Shown piece by piece: positions 52,735 through 64,000 of a stretch of DNA of 64,000 nt. Each line of letters opens with the position of its first letter. Position 1 is the first letter of the stretch. A program made the position numbers and the translations under genes. This DNA is from Paragordius varius (lineage: Eukaryota > Animalia > Nematomorpha), in contig OZ176055.1 of the NCBI GenBank assembly GCA_964247055.1, positions 1,984,001 through 2,048,000 on the forward strand, given 5' to 3'. The notes under the pieces are model-generated. The model had not been told where the DNA came from and searched no databases. It was given only the letters and a program-made list of their open reading frames with translations.

Positions 52735-55575
52735 ATGCCTGGATTAACTGGATACACCACATTTATTTTAGTCGTTCGATTCAAATTGGGGTAGTTAAGT
52801 ACCCCGGCCTTAAAATTAAATAGACCATTGCAAAATTTTGCATTTATATAACATTAATACGATATATATGAAAAATTTTAAAAATACTTGATATTACTTA
52901 TTTTATGCTAAAATCGAAAAGTAAAAATTTGGTTAACGTGACATGTCTGCTATGGTAAAATTGAAAAATAATACAAAATAAACCGCTTTTGCTATTTCTA
53001 TCAATGTTGGATATAATTTAAATAAAAAATTAGCGTTAATTTTACCCTTAAAATTAAATGAAGACGATGCAAAAAATTTTGGAATAAAAATGGCGTCGAA
53101 ATAGTTTAACATAGATTTTTTTCAAAACAAAATTTATTTAGATATTTTAGCATATTTATATAATTTTTATTAGGATAGAAGCATATATTCAAATTGTGAC
53201 AGTTTCCTTCAGTAGTTTTAAAAAAAACAGATTTAGCCAGGGAAATCTAGTTAGCCCAATTTGAATCGAAGTGTTAATGGCTGAATAACATGGCCTGATT
53301 TTAAGGTTGTTTAATTCTTGAAATTCTTTTGGAATAAATAATTGTAACTATGTTTTATTTGTACATCAAAAGTCAAATTTTGATCAATTTATGGTTAGTG
53401 TTATTGCAACGGGGTAGTATCCAAATCCTATTTTATATATAAATAACCATATAAGTAACGAATAGATTGTAGGAAATAAAAATTTGGTTTTTGCGCCCTT
53501 TATCTTTGTGTTTTACATAATATCCCAATACTTTTTGACACCAAACTTATTTATTTAGCCCTTCACCTTTTGGTTCTTACCCAAAACCCATTTAAAATTT
53601 AAATGTAAAAGATAATTTTAGCACAGTGCGCAATTTGAAAATATGCATACTTGAGCCTTATAGGCGTATACAATTTTCTAAATGTAAATTGTAAAATCTT
53701 CGTCTCATACTTTTTTCGCCGCCCATTTTTTTATGATTAAAAAATGTATTAATTAACTTTAGAAAGCTTTCAAATTACAAATTACCAACAAATTTTATAT
53801 ATCTTTTATTATAATCTGTTTCTTTTCAATCGTGATTTGGAGCTAAGAACTGTGAAAATTAAATAATTTATCTAATGCAAAATAAAGTTATGATAATTAA
53901 ATTTTAAGCAAAAACTTCAAAACATAGTTTGGTTAGTATTTTAAGCTCTTAAAAATTAGCCCAAATAAATGTCAGTACAAAAAATAAAAAGTCATGAAGT
54001 GTTAGGTTGTAAATGAGGGCTCTCTATTTAAAGTTTTTGCTTTTCCAATTGATGAATTTTAATAACCAAAAATATAATATTTGGGGCATAAAACCCAAAT
54101 ATTATTCATATGTAACTGTATAAATGAGTTTTTAAGTGAATGTAAATATTTATATCATATAGATACAGGATTGCTCTGGGTAATTAAATAATCGAATATC
54201 CATAGAATTTCGCTGTAAATTTGTTTTTGAGATAGATATAATTAATTTTAAGTTGTAATCTAAAATTAACAACTACTATATACATTTAATTACGGCAATA
54301 ATATACGTTAAGATTCTAAATTTTGATAAAACTTTTCTCAAATTAGGGTATCCAAATAACCGAGACTATATTTAACTTGATATTTCTAAAAAAACTATTA
54401 AGAAAACTGCCCCAATTTTATGCTTCTATTCCAATAAATAATAAAAATGTTTAAATAAATTGTTTTAGATAAGTCCCATAAAAAACTTGGACGCTATTTT
54501 TATTTCACAAAATTTCATAATATCGTGTATTTAATTTTAAAGCTAAAATAAAAACTTATTTATAATTACATATCTAACTTTGATAGAAACGATTGATTTG
54601 TATTATTTAATTTAGCTAACTCACACATGTTATTTTGACTAAAGTATGAAATTCACCTTAAAATAAGTAATATCAAGTATTTCAAATGAACTTATATATT
54701 TCGGCTCATTAATGTTATGGCATTTGCCATAGTCTTGGAATGGGGTATCCCAACCCAACTTGAATCGAGACTGAAATGAATGTGGTGCATCAAGTTAACA
54801 TGTAAAGGGTGTAGCGTTGGGAGATCGTCGGCCACCTGCCGTCAAAGCAATCCCTTCCCACCCGTAGCCATTGAGCTTCAGAGCGGGAAATAATTTTACG
54901 GCTATGAAAGTTTAAGCCAATACTTTAATAAAATATTTGGTAATGTTTTTTTACTTATATTATACTGTAATGTGGTGTATCCAAGTGTTAACACTTCGAT
55001 TCAAATTGGGGTATCTAAATACCCCAGACTAAATTTAAATTAATATTTTTAAAAAACTACTGATGGAAACGGTCCCAATTTAAATTTATGCTTCTATCCT
55101 GATAAAAATTATATAAATATGCCAAAACATCTTGATAAAATTTGGTTTTGAAAAAAAAGCTCCATATCAAACTACTTCGACGCCATTTTTATTTTACAAA
55201 ATTATTGCAAAATATCGTCTTATATAATTTTAAGGGTAAATCTAAAGCTAATTTTTTATATAAATTACATCTAACATTGATAGAAATAGAAAAAGCGGTT
55301 TAGTGTGTATAATTTTTCAGTTTTACAATTTGACACATGTCACGTTGACAAAATTTTTACCTTTTGGTTTTAGCTTAAAATAAGTAATATCAAGTAATTT
55401 TGAATAAAATTTTTTATATATTTCGGTTTATTAATGTTAGATAAGTGCAAAATTTTGCCATGGTTTCGATTCCTTCTATATTTTTTAAAGAAATTAATTT
55501 TAAACAGGCCTGGGGTATCCAACTACCCCAATTTGAATCGAAGGACTAAAATGAGTGTGTTGTATCCAAGTGTTA
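52735..55575. repeat. Cluster of TTAA-bounded (piggyBac-like) repeat copies in both orientations
   Basis: Core TTCGATTCAAATTGGGG or its reverse complement near 52776, 53258, 54748, 54997, 55528; ends GTATCCAAGTG-TTAA near 54990 and 55575; copies ~52735-53110 (+), ~54560-54797 (-), ~54987-55090 (+), ~55140-55575 (-). Confidence 0.62.
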
Positions 55576-55661
55576 ATGCGAAGGTATTTTAAATTATTTA
55601 ACATATGTTCACCCTAAATAAAAATTCAAATTTTAGCCGACTCACCTTTCAACCTTAATGC

Positions 55662-58600
55662 ATGGATCAAATTTTAACTAATTTAAAAAAATTAGGATTT
55701 TCCGATGATTTAAGGTAAATAATATTTTAATTATAGTGTCAAAGCGTTAGCTTGGAATGGTCATAGGAACTTGAAGCAATTGGTTAATTGGTTAGTAATA
55801 ATTTAAATGTAGGATTGTCTTAAGGAGCAATGATTATCGCATTGATGAATCCCAAAACCTAAATTACATTGTGCTATTGTCATTTACCCCGGAAAGTGGA
55901 ACCGTTCAGCACTACTTAAAACAATTTTATGATAAATTGGTTAAAAATGTTAATACATACCCGACTACCTGTGATTATTATTTTTCCATTCCACTTACAC
56001 CATTATTTAAGGTAATTTTAAACGAAACGATGTATTTTTTAAAAAATTTAAATCTTTTTTAGGTTTGTCAAACCAATGTGCTGCCTTTATTACAAGTTTT
56101 TGATGAATGTTCTCCGGTTTTAAAGAGCATATCTGATTCCCCAATCCGCTTAAAACCATTTATTAACGATTATATGATTGGAGCGGCTTTGAATGAATAT
56201 GTGCAAGATGGGATCACAAAATATGCCAATACTTTAATGTCCAAACTTCGCGATAAAAGTATTCTTAAACTTATATATAATATAAATTCTAATTATTTTG
56301 CTTTAAGTAGGAATATAGAACGTATGTTACAAAACCGTTTATTTCAATTGTATTTCCATTTTATTTTTAATACAAATGGTTAAATATTAGATTAAACAAT
56401 ATTTTTTAACTATTATTTTAGTTTTAAATTAATTATAATTATATAATAATTGCACGATTTTAATATAACTTATCATTTATATGATATATATTTTTACTAT
56501 ATATTTCATTATTTTTTAGCATTATATTGATGTTAAACAGAATTTCATATTACAAAAATTTTAAAAATTAAAGGTAATTTTTAATATTAAAAAACATAAT
56601 TTATTTTTAGGGTGAATTTGATTCGTTTGAGTGTGTTTAATATATTGTATATCTTGATAATAGGCGAATATTTTTTACCTAAAATATTGTAACCCATTAA
56701 AGATAGTTTTAAATAATCAGCGATATTATCGTTTTACTATATATAATATATATAATACCATTTTAATTGCAAAACATAAACTATAAACTTTTGATTTTAA
56801 AACCTTTTTTTCAGTTTTATACGCTATTTAGAAATTATCGCTGAAGAACGTGATATACCTCTCTATGCTGTTTTTTGGGGTAATAATAACACAACTAACA
56901 CTGATCAACTAAAAAGTCAACAATATAACCAATCTTCTGACTTAAAAGAAAAATCATCAACAATGTATACGGAATCGATTAGTACAGAAACGACAAAGGA
57001 CCCCCAAAAAACTTCTGAAGACTTGAAAAATGATAAAATTTGCACGCATACAGTTTCACAGGGTAAACTCATGTTCCCTCTTATAACTTCAATCGATCCA
57101 GTTTTGGATAGGAATACAGGCATCCCCACTAAAGAATCACCATACTTAACGCTTCATGATACACTTAGACCGGTGTTGTATGACAAATTCCCTGAATTTG
57201 TTAAGGTTTTTTTTCCAACTTTTATTCTAAAATGATTGCAACATTTTTAATTTGGGAATTAACTAAAAAGCTTTCTTGGTTTTTTGTTTCTTAAAAAATA
57301 TGGTTCTTGAATAGATGATTACAGTTTGCTAAAAAAATTAATTGAAAAAGTTTTGATATTTAAATAGTTTGGTTTCAGTCCCCTCTTTTATGGATTAGTG
57401 TTAATTTTTCTATTTTTTACATAATGACATATGGCCTGTTTATTTCGATTCAATTAAAATAAATATCCAGAAAAAAAGAAAAAAAGACAAATTTTATTGG
57501 CCGTTACTTTTTTATCTACTTAATCGAAAAAAAAATGCAAATAATAAAAAATAACGTTAATATTTACATCAAAATAAATTTAAACATTTTTGAGACAGTC
57601 TTTTTTTTCTCCCAAAATGAATCTTAAAAAAATTATGGTGTTGATTTTGTTGACTAGTTTTTCAAACCCTTATTATCCGCTATATATATATATATATTTA
57701 TATATTTATATATATTATGCTCAGATATTTGAAGCATCTTTGAATACATTATGTTACCCCCAAGGTGCTCCTGTCTGCCAAGCTGATGTCCAACGCGAAA
57801 AAGAGTGTCAACTAAGTGATAAAACAAGTACGACATTTTTGAACATATTTTTTGTTGGTTTTTAAAATAAAACAGGTATTTTGAATTTATGAATTTAAGT
57901 TCTTGAAATGTAAACTATTTAAATTAATATATAGTAATTTGAATATCTTTTGCTATAAAGAAGTATTTATTTAGCGTTGATTTGAATAGGAAGCTAATCA
58001 TGATTTTTCTACAAAGTTTATGATTTATTATATATATATATATTATATGTTTTAATTTGGTTATAAATATTAGATGAAATTTCCAAGAATCCTGAATCTC
58101 ATCATAGTACTTTGCGTTTAGGGAAGGATTTTACCATCAATCTTTTCTCAATGACCGACTGTTTGGCCAATAGCAAAGTAATTTTATTTTATTTAAATTT
58201 TTTTAGAATCAAAATATATTATGAATAAAGTTTTAGTGGTGAATAAATTTTTTAAATAGATAATTATTATTTGATCTATTTTTCTGCTTTTTTGACCTAA
58301 AAATTTAATTACACCTTTTTAATTTTTATTTGAGATTTCTCCTAACCCAATTATATATACTACCCTTTTTTAGATCGTTTTTTTAAAAAATTGAACATAA
58401 ACAATACGTTCAAAGTTAATAGTTAAATGCTAATATATATAAAATAAAAAACGAGGAAGTCTATATATATATATATATATATATATAATTCTATATTTTT
58501 ATCTCAAATTGCTGTAATTTAAACAAAGGTTTACCGTATTCAAGTACCTTCGAATGAAACATATCCTTACAAATCTCTTTATTCCCCCTACGATAATGCT

Positions 58601-59260
58601 AATCGATTTGATTTTGATTTTTCCGCTCTATATAATAATAATAATAATAAGAATGGAAATTTTTCGTCGCAAAATGATGACTTGGTTTATGTCCCAAGTG
58701 ATAATAAATACCTGGAAAGGCCTGATAAAACCAATAGCCAAACGGGTGTACAACTTAGGGATAGAGTTCAAGTAATACTATACTATATTATGTTGCTTAA
58801 CACAAATAGGATTTTTGCTACGCTGCCTCTAAATTTCGATAGACTACATTAGGAATTTTTTTTTTAAATTCATCAATATTACTTAAATTTCGTAAAATTA
58901 TGCATATGAAATTTCTCGATGGTTGCACTTTCACTGTTATACACTCTGTGGTCGATATAATGATTTTGTTAGAAAATGGTTGAATTTTTTCATTAACAAT
59001 TTATTTTTGGGATTTAATATGCCTGTTTTTTATATGGACATTTTTGGTTAGGTGAGTCTTATTTTTCACTAAATTTGTACATTTTAATCATGATTCTCAA
59101 TATGCAATTTTTTCCAAAAAATTTAATAAATTTATATTTTTGTCGAATGTTTTGTCCTTAAACGTGTAAATATAGTACTAAATCTATATACCCTGATTTT
59201 TTGCAACCAAATATTTTCATGTAACACATCTTATTTTTTCTTATGTATAACATTATAAAA

Positions 59261-59302
<42 letters not shown>

Positions 59303-62300
59303 TTACAAGTACTCAAATTTCTCTGCTTTTAACTTTTTTATTAAAATATTACTGTTTATTCCTATTTTCCCATATACCAAAAGAATGTATTAATTCTTTG
59401 TTTTGTTTTTTAATTAAAAATATTAATACAGCCCGCCGTCGTAAAATTTTACAAAAAAGGTGGTTTAATTATTATAATTTCCAATGAAAAAAAGTATATA
59501 ATTTTTACCATTTTTTATGCAATCGATAGCAAGAAGATGAGGATTTACAATATAATCAAGATTCGGAAATTGTTAAAGCTATATCTTGCCAAACTGGAGA
59601 AATTAAAATTGTAGCGCGTGATACGTTACAGCGCATTCCAGCTATGTGTGCTTGGAATATTATAGAGTATATAGATATTCATTTTTATTTAAACTTCAAA
59701 AAAATTGGGTAAAATTTATCTTTTTTTTAGTTTTGTAAATGTTAAACATGATTCTTTATGGTTTTTTTTAGCAATTTGATTTAGAATTAAATAATTATAG
59801 TACACTTTTATATATATGATAAAAAAAAGCTTCTATTATATTACTTTTATAAATTTGGTAATAATTTTCTCCTTAGATTTTAATGAAATATGAGTGTATA
59901 TTTGGTAAATAGTAGAGTTATTTTTTATTTTTATCCCCCCTTATATATTAATTTCCTATCTAGAATAAATTAATTATTTTTTTTTCAAAAAATTTGTATT
60001 TATTATCCCAAATATCAAATATATAATTATTTTTAAAAATATATTGTCCTATTACCAAATTTTAATATATTTTTAATTTAATTAAATTATAATTATATAC
60101 TATTAGCACAGTACCGCTGCAAGAATATTACATTTCTACAATCCAAAATGTTTCTGGTGATAACAAGGAAAATAATTTAGATACGCCTGATGGTGCGCCT
60201 TTTAGACATGGTCGAATACTTAACAAAATTGATTTTTACCGGATGTTTCAACGATCTCATGAGGGCAGTCGATTTGCTTCAAAGAAATTACCCAAATGGT
60301 GGGCCCAGGCTAAGGTTTTAGCATTATTTTTGTCAGGAATAGTTTTAGTTTTTAAAATAAAGTTTTTTATTTCAAAGATTTTTTTAAAATAATTTTTTTT
60401 AACACAAAAAAGGTATAAAAGCTTAATATCTGGCGATAAAATATTTTAGAAATTTTAAATAGGATTATAAATAATTTTATAGTTAAAAGATATAATCTCC
60501 AAAATAATTTTTTGTTGATATTACATATCTAATTGTTGTTTATCCAAATTTTTTTGTCTTTTAGCCTGATCGAATGATAGATTTTAATGAAGAAAAATAC
60601 CGCATTAAACATAGGTACTTCCTCTAAATTTCGGTTATTTTTATATACCATTTACAGTTCAATTTACCCTTGAACAATTCAAATTCACCCTGAAATAAAT
60701 TATGTGTTTTGCAAAGTCAAAAATTACCTTTATTTTTTTTATTCCTAAAAAAATCAATTTTTGTTCAAAATTAATATAAAATACTGAAAAAATAATAAAT
60801 TATGTCGTAAAAATTTATTTTATATATTAATGATGAGTTATTATATTATCCCTCCTAAAACACATAATTTATTTTTAGGATGAATTTGAATTGTAAATGG
60901 TACATATCAAAGGTTTTACATATATATTTTTATCTTTCAGATATATAATTGTGCGACACGGTGAACGCACAGATCAAATTTTCGGTTGTGATTGGTATAA
61001 ATCTGCCTTCCATCAAGATGATAGTAAGTATTACTGTTTTTATGATATTTAATACTCCAAGTTTTTTACTGTCTATCTTTTCGTAGTAAGAGAGAAGGGC
61101 ATATATTTAAACGAATATTGGAAACAAAGTTTTATAATTAATTTTATTTTTTTTAAATGATGTTTTAAGTATTTCTAAACAGTTTCTTGAATCGAAATAA
61201 AATACATTATTATTCATAAGTAACAAAGCAAATCTTATGTATTGCGTATAAATAATATGTTTAAGGTTTAACGCATCACAATCTACATATATTTTATTTG
61301 TCCACTTTTTAAGCAAACGCATGATTTTTCAGTTGTCTTTGCTTAAAAAATGTTGCGTTTGGATGAAAATATGTTTTGTTGGCTTAAAAAATGTTGCTTT
61401 TGACTGAAAAATGGTTTAATTATTTTATTATACCATTAACATTATCATGTGGCTATTATGTTTTATGGAGGCAACATATAAATACAGTAAAAACTGAAAT
61501 TATACGGACAAAAAATAAATATATAAAGTCAAATATTTTTTTTCAATAGACAACCATACTTTTTAAACCTTAAAATTACTTATAAATATTTACCTATCAA
61601 CTTTAAACTATAAAAATTATGGGGTTTCCTATTATCTGTATTTGATTCACTAACGATTAGGATAATGAGTTATATTGAAAATCAAGAGTGGATAAGTAGG
61701 ATTGTCTTATGATAAAAAATTTGCCTGTATATTTTTACGTTTTGTCCCTCATATAATTTTAATTTTTACTGTAAATTTATTTTTTCTCTCTCTCTTAAAC
61801 CTTTATTTTACAAACCTATGAAGAATTTTAAAATATTTTTTTAACAATATACATACAGGTCCTTATTATAGCTATAAGGATTTGAATGTTCCCCGTTTTT
61901 TGCCTAAACGCCGCACAGGACTTATTGAGTTTTTCCGTGATGCACCCTTATCTGAAGTTGGTATGTTTGAAGCATTTCTAACTGGTTAGTACATTTAAAT
62001 TTAATTTTTTTTTAAATTTTTTGTACATTTCTTCAAATATTTATTAAGGTCAATACTTTAAAAAAATGGGTTTCGATCAAACGGTCAATTGGGTTTATTG
62101 TTCCCCCTCACTCAGATGTATTCAAACCATCCATTACGTTTTAAAAGGTTTTTTTTCTTGTTTTTATAAGTTTTATGTTGCAAAAATATTTATATTTATA
62201 GTAAGAAATAATATAAGGCCTACGAAATTTTATTTAATATACTTCAATTTTTCTATATATAAATTTTGGTTGATAAATTTTAACACTTAATACGTAAAAT

Positions 62301-63216
62301 TTATCTCATTCTAAAACATCCATTATATTGTATACAGGTTTGGGATTAGATGAAGCCCTTAAAATTAAAATTGAACCGGCTTTGTTTGAATGGTTTGGTT
62401 GGTATCGAGATTACTGTCCAACTTTTATGTCACCACAAAGGCTAAAAAATTGTGGGTTTAACATTGACACTGATTATGCTTCTTTGGTCAATTTTATTAT
62501 TTTTCAATTTTTTTCATAAAAACTACTTAGTAAAAATTGAAATTATATGGACAATATTAGAGTAAAAATTTAAAGAATCATTTTAAAATAAGACAAATTA
62601 GTTTTTCATTTAATAAATTATTTAATTTTTGTTAAATAAGATTAAATTTAGTATTGTTATTGTTTAGAAAAACAATTGTCTCTAATCTGTTGTCTGTACA
62701 ACTATATTTTTTACTGTATATATACCATTTACAGTTAAAAATCACCCTTGATTAAATTAAATAACCTTCAAACAATTAGATTTCACCCTTGAACAATTTA
62801 AATTCACCCTAAAAATAAATTATGTGTCGGGCTGATATAACTCATTATTAAATGAAATTAGTTATAATTTTGCAGTATTATTAAATTTTTTGACGAAATT
62901 TAATTTTATAACAATATTAAAAAAACAGGTTATTTTAAATCTTAAAAACACATAATTTATTTAGGGTGAATTTGAATTGATAGAGGGTAATTGAACTTTA
63001 AATTATATTTATGTATATGTTAACATTTCTTAGTTTTTTCAACATTATAAATATGAATATTTGCTTGACTTAGGTTTTAATCATATAAACATACATATTT
63101 TATTCAAATGATATAGCTCATTGATGTTAAATATGATCCACATGAATCTTTGGAAACATACTATAATAGGGGAGAAAAATTCATGAGAATCCTGGCCAAA
63201 AAACATGATAAACAAG
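55662..63216 (+). CDS. UBASH3B: UBASH3/Sts-1-like protein (UBA - 2H phosphoesterase-like - SH3-like - histidine phosphatase); 3' end beyond the window
   Basis: Exons 55662-55714, 55737-55790, 55813-56011, 56063-56349, 56815-57205, 57725-57827, 58074-58177, 58529-58771, 59530-59666, 60107-60315, 60565-60614, 60941-61023, 61859-61984, 62049-62147, 62338-62486, 63117-63216. Motifs LGF..KALAWNG..W, IIVRHGERTD, DAPLSEVG, VYCSPSLRCIQT, KIEPALFEW, ESLETYYNRG. One internal junction (59666/60107) is not phase-resolved. A/B paralog assignment is not meaningful outside vertebrates. Confidence 0.86.
60646..60902. mobile_element. MITE family A, complete copy (257 nt)
   Basis: TACCATTTACAGTTCAA...TTGAATTGTAAATGGTA. 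Confidence 0.78.
61483..61773. mobile_element. MITE family B, complete copy
   Basis: TACAGTAAAAACTGAAATTATACGGACAAA...ATAATTTTAATTTTTACTGTA. Confidence 0.78.
62723..62995. mobile_element. MITE family A copy
   Basis: TACCATTTACAGTT left end, subterminal CACCCTTGA units, GGGTGAATTTGAATTG right arm. Confidence 0.7.
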
Positions 63217-63659
63217 GTATTATTTAAATGTTCTAAATGTTTATAATAAATGTCCATCTTTTGATTTTATTGAATATATTTCCGTTAAATAAAATATATA
63301 TATCTAAAATTGGAAAAACATGGTTTATATCAAAGCAATAATCAAAGTTTGATATTGATTAGTTTTGAATTGTGTACTAAACTCTTGTCTTTCCATATGT
63401 GAAATTTTGATGGTTGAAAATTACATGGCTTCTATCCGCGACCCTTTTTTATTTGTATTAATATTAATTTTAGTAATATTAAATAAAAAATTAATATTCG
63501 AATATTATTTTAAAATCAGAAAAATGGATTTGGTTTTAATGATTGTTTTTAGCTCATTATGAAGTAGGCATTTAAGTACTATTGGGAAGTTGATTATAGC
63601 TAAAAGACTAGGACTTTGTTAATAGATGTTAACATTACATTATAGGGGGTGTTTATAAT

Positions 63660-63932
63660 TACAGTAAAAACAGATATTCACGAACAAAACGTAAAAATAT
63701 ATGGACAAATGTTTTTTAAACCAACCATACTTTTAATTTTAAAATTACAATTTTAAATATATATATATATATATATATATTTGATTGTGTCACCAATATA
63801 CATCAATTCTATAATTTACAATTTGAAACAATGAGTTATATTTTAAAAATTATTTTTTAAAAACGTATAGTTGTCTAAAAAGTTGTCTTTATATTTTTAC
63901 GTTTTGTCCGTATAATTTCAATTTTTACTGTA
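63660..63932. mobile_element. MITE family B, complete copy
   Basis: TACAGTAAAAA...TTTCAATTTTTACTGTA. Confidence 0.78.
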
Positions 63933-64000
63933 AAAGACAATGAGGACAGGGTTCACTGTTAATGTTTTTTGATTAAATAAATAAATAATTTACCACCAAT

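Noticed and set aside
8706-55812. Stop-codon reassignment or programmed frameshifting as an alternative to tiny introns
   Set aside because: Five of eight segments are not multiples of three, all have GT...AG ends, spacing to homologues is restored only by removal, and genes terminate normally at TAA/TAG.
58554-58775. 73-aa hydrophobic ORF that looks like a small membrane protein
   Set aside because: It is the +1 frame of UBASH3 exon 58529-58771; the poly-Ile comes from an (AAT)n run encoding poly-Asn in the true frame.
58900-59055. Moderately GC-rich stretch ending in TAG-GTGAGT, a possible extra UBASH3 exon
   Set aside because: No acceptor and frame combination compatible with the flanking phase-0 exons was found.
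1-64000. tRNA, rRNA, snRNA, spliced-leader RNA genes, telomeric repeats and U12-type introns
   Set aside because: No recognisable cloverleaf, conserved rRNA/snRNA motif, telomeric array or RTATCCT donor seen by eye; a tRNAscan-SE/Infernal run would be needed to exclude divergent ones.

Overview
Very AT-rich eukaryotic (almost certainly metazoan invertebrate) genomic DNA with spliceosomal GT-AG introns. Eight protein genes could be assembled by hand: an orphan basic protein (+, ~2.0-6.5 kb), TRMT6/GCD10 (-), a signal-EGF-SEA-EGF-EGF-TM surface protein (+), beta-sarcoglycan (+), a UPF0729/C18orf32 microprotein (-) head-to-head with SMC6 (+), a GPI-anchored Ly6/three-finger protein (+), and a UBASH3/Sts-like UBA-2H-SH3-histidine phosphatase (+, runs off the window end). 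Long introns and intergenic DNA are filled with decayed DNA transposons (hAT/Buster-type, Chapaev3-like), two non-autonomous Helitrons and several MITE families. The most striking signal is a set of at least eight ultra-short 22-27 nt GT-AG introns. Their removal is required to restore conserved reading frames, and they sit almost only among the first 1-3 introns of genes whose downstream introns are 50 nt to several kb. Homology calls come from remembered family motifs, not database searches; the organism cannot be named from this window. No rRNA, tRNA or CRISPR array was recognised.
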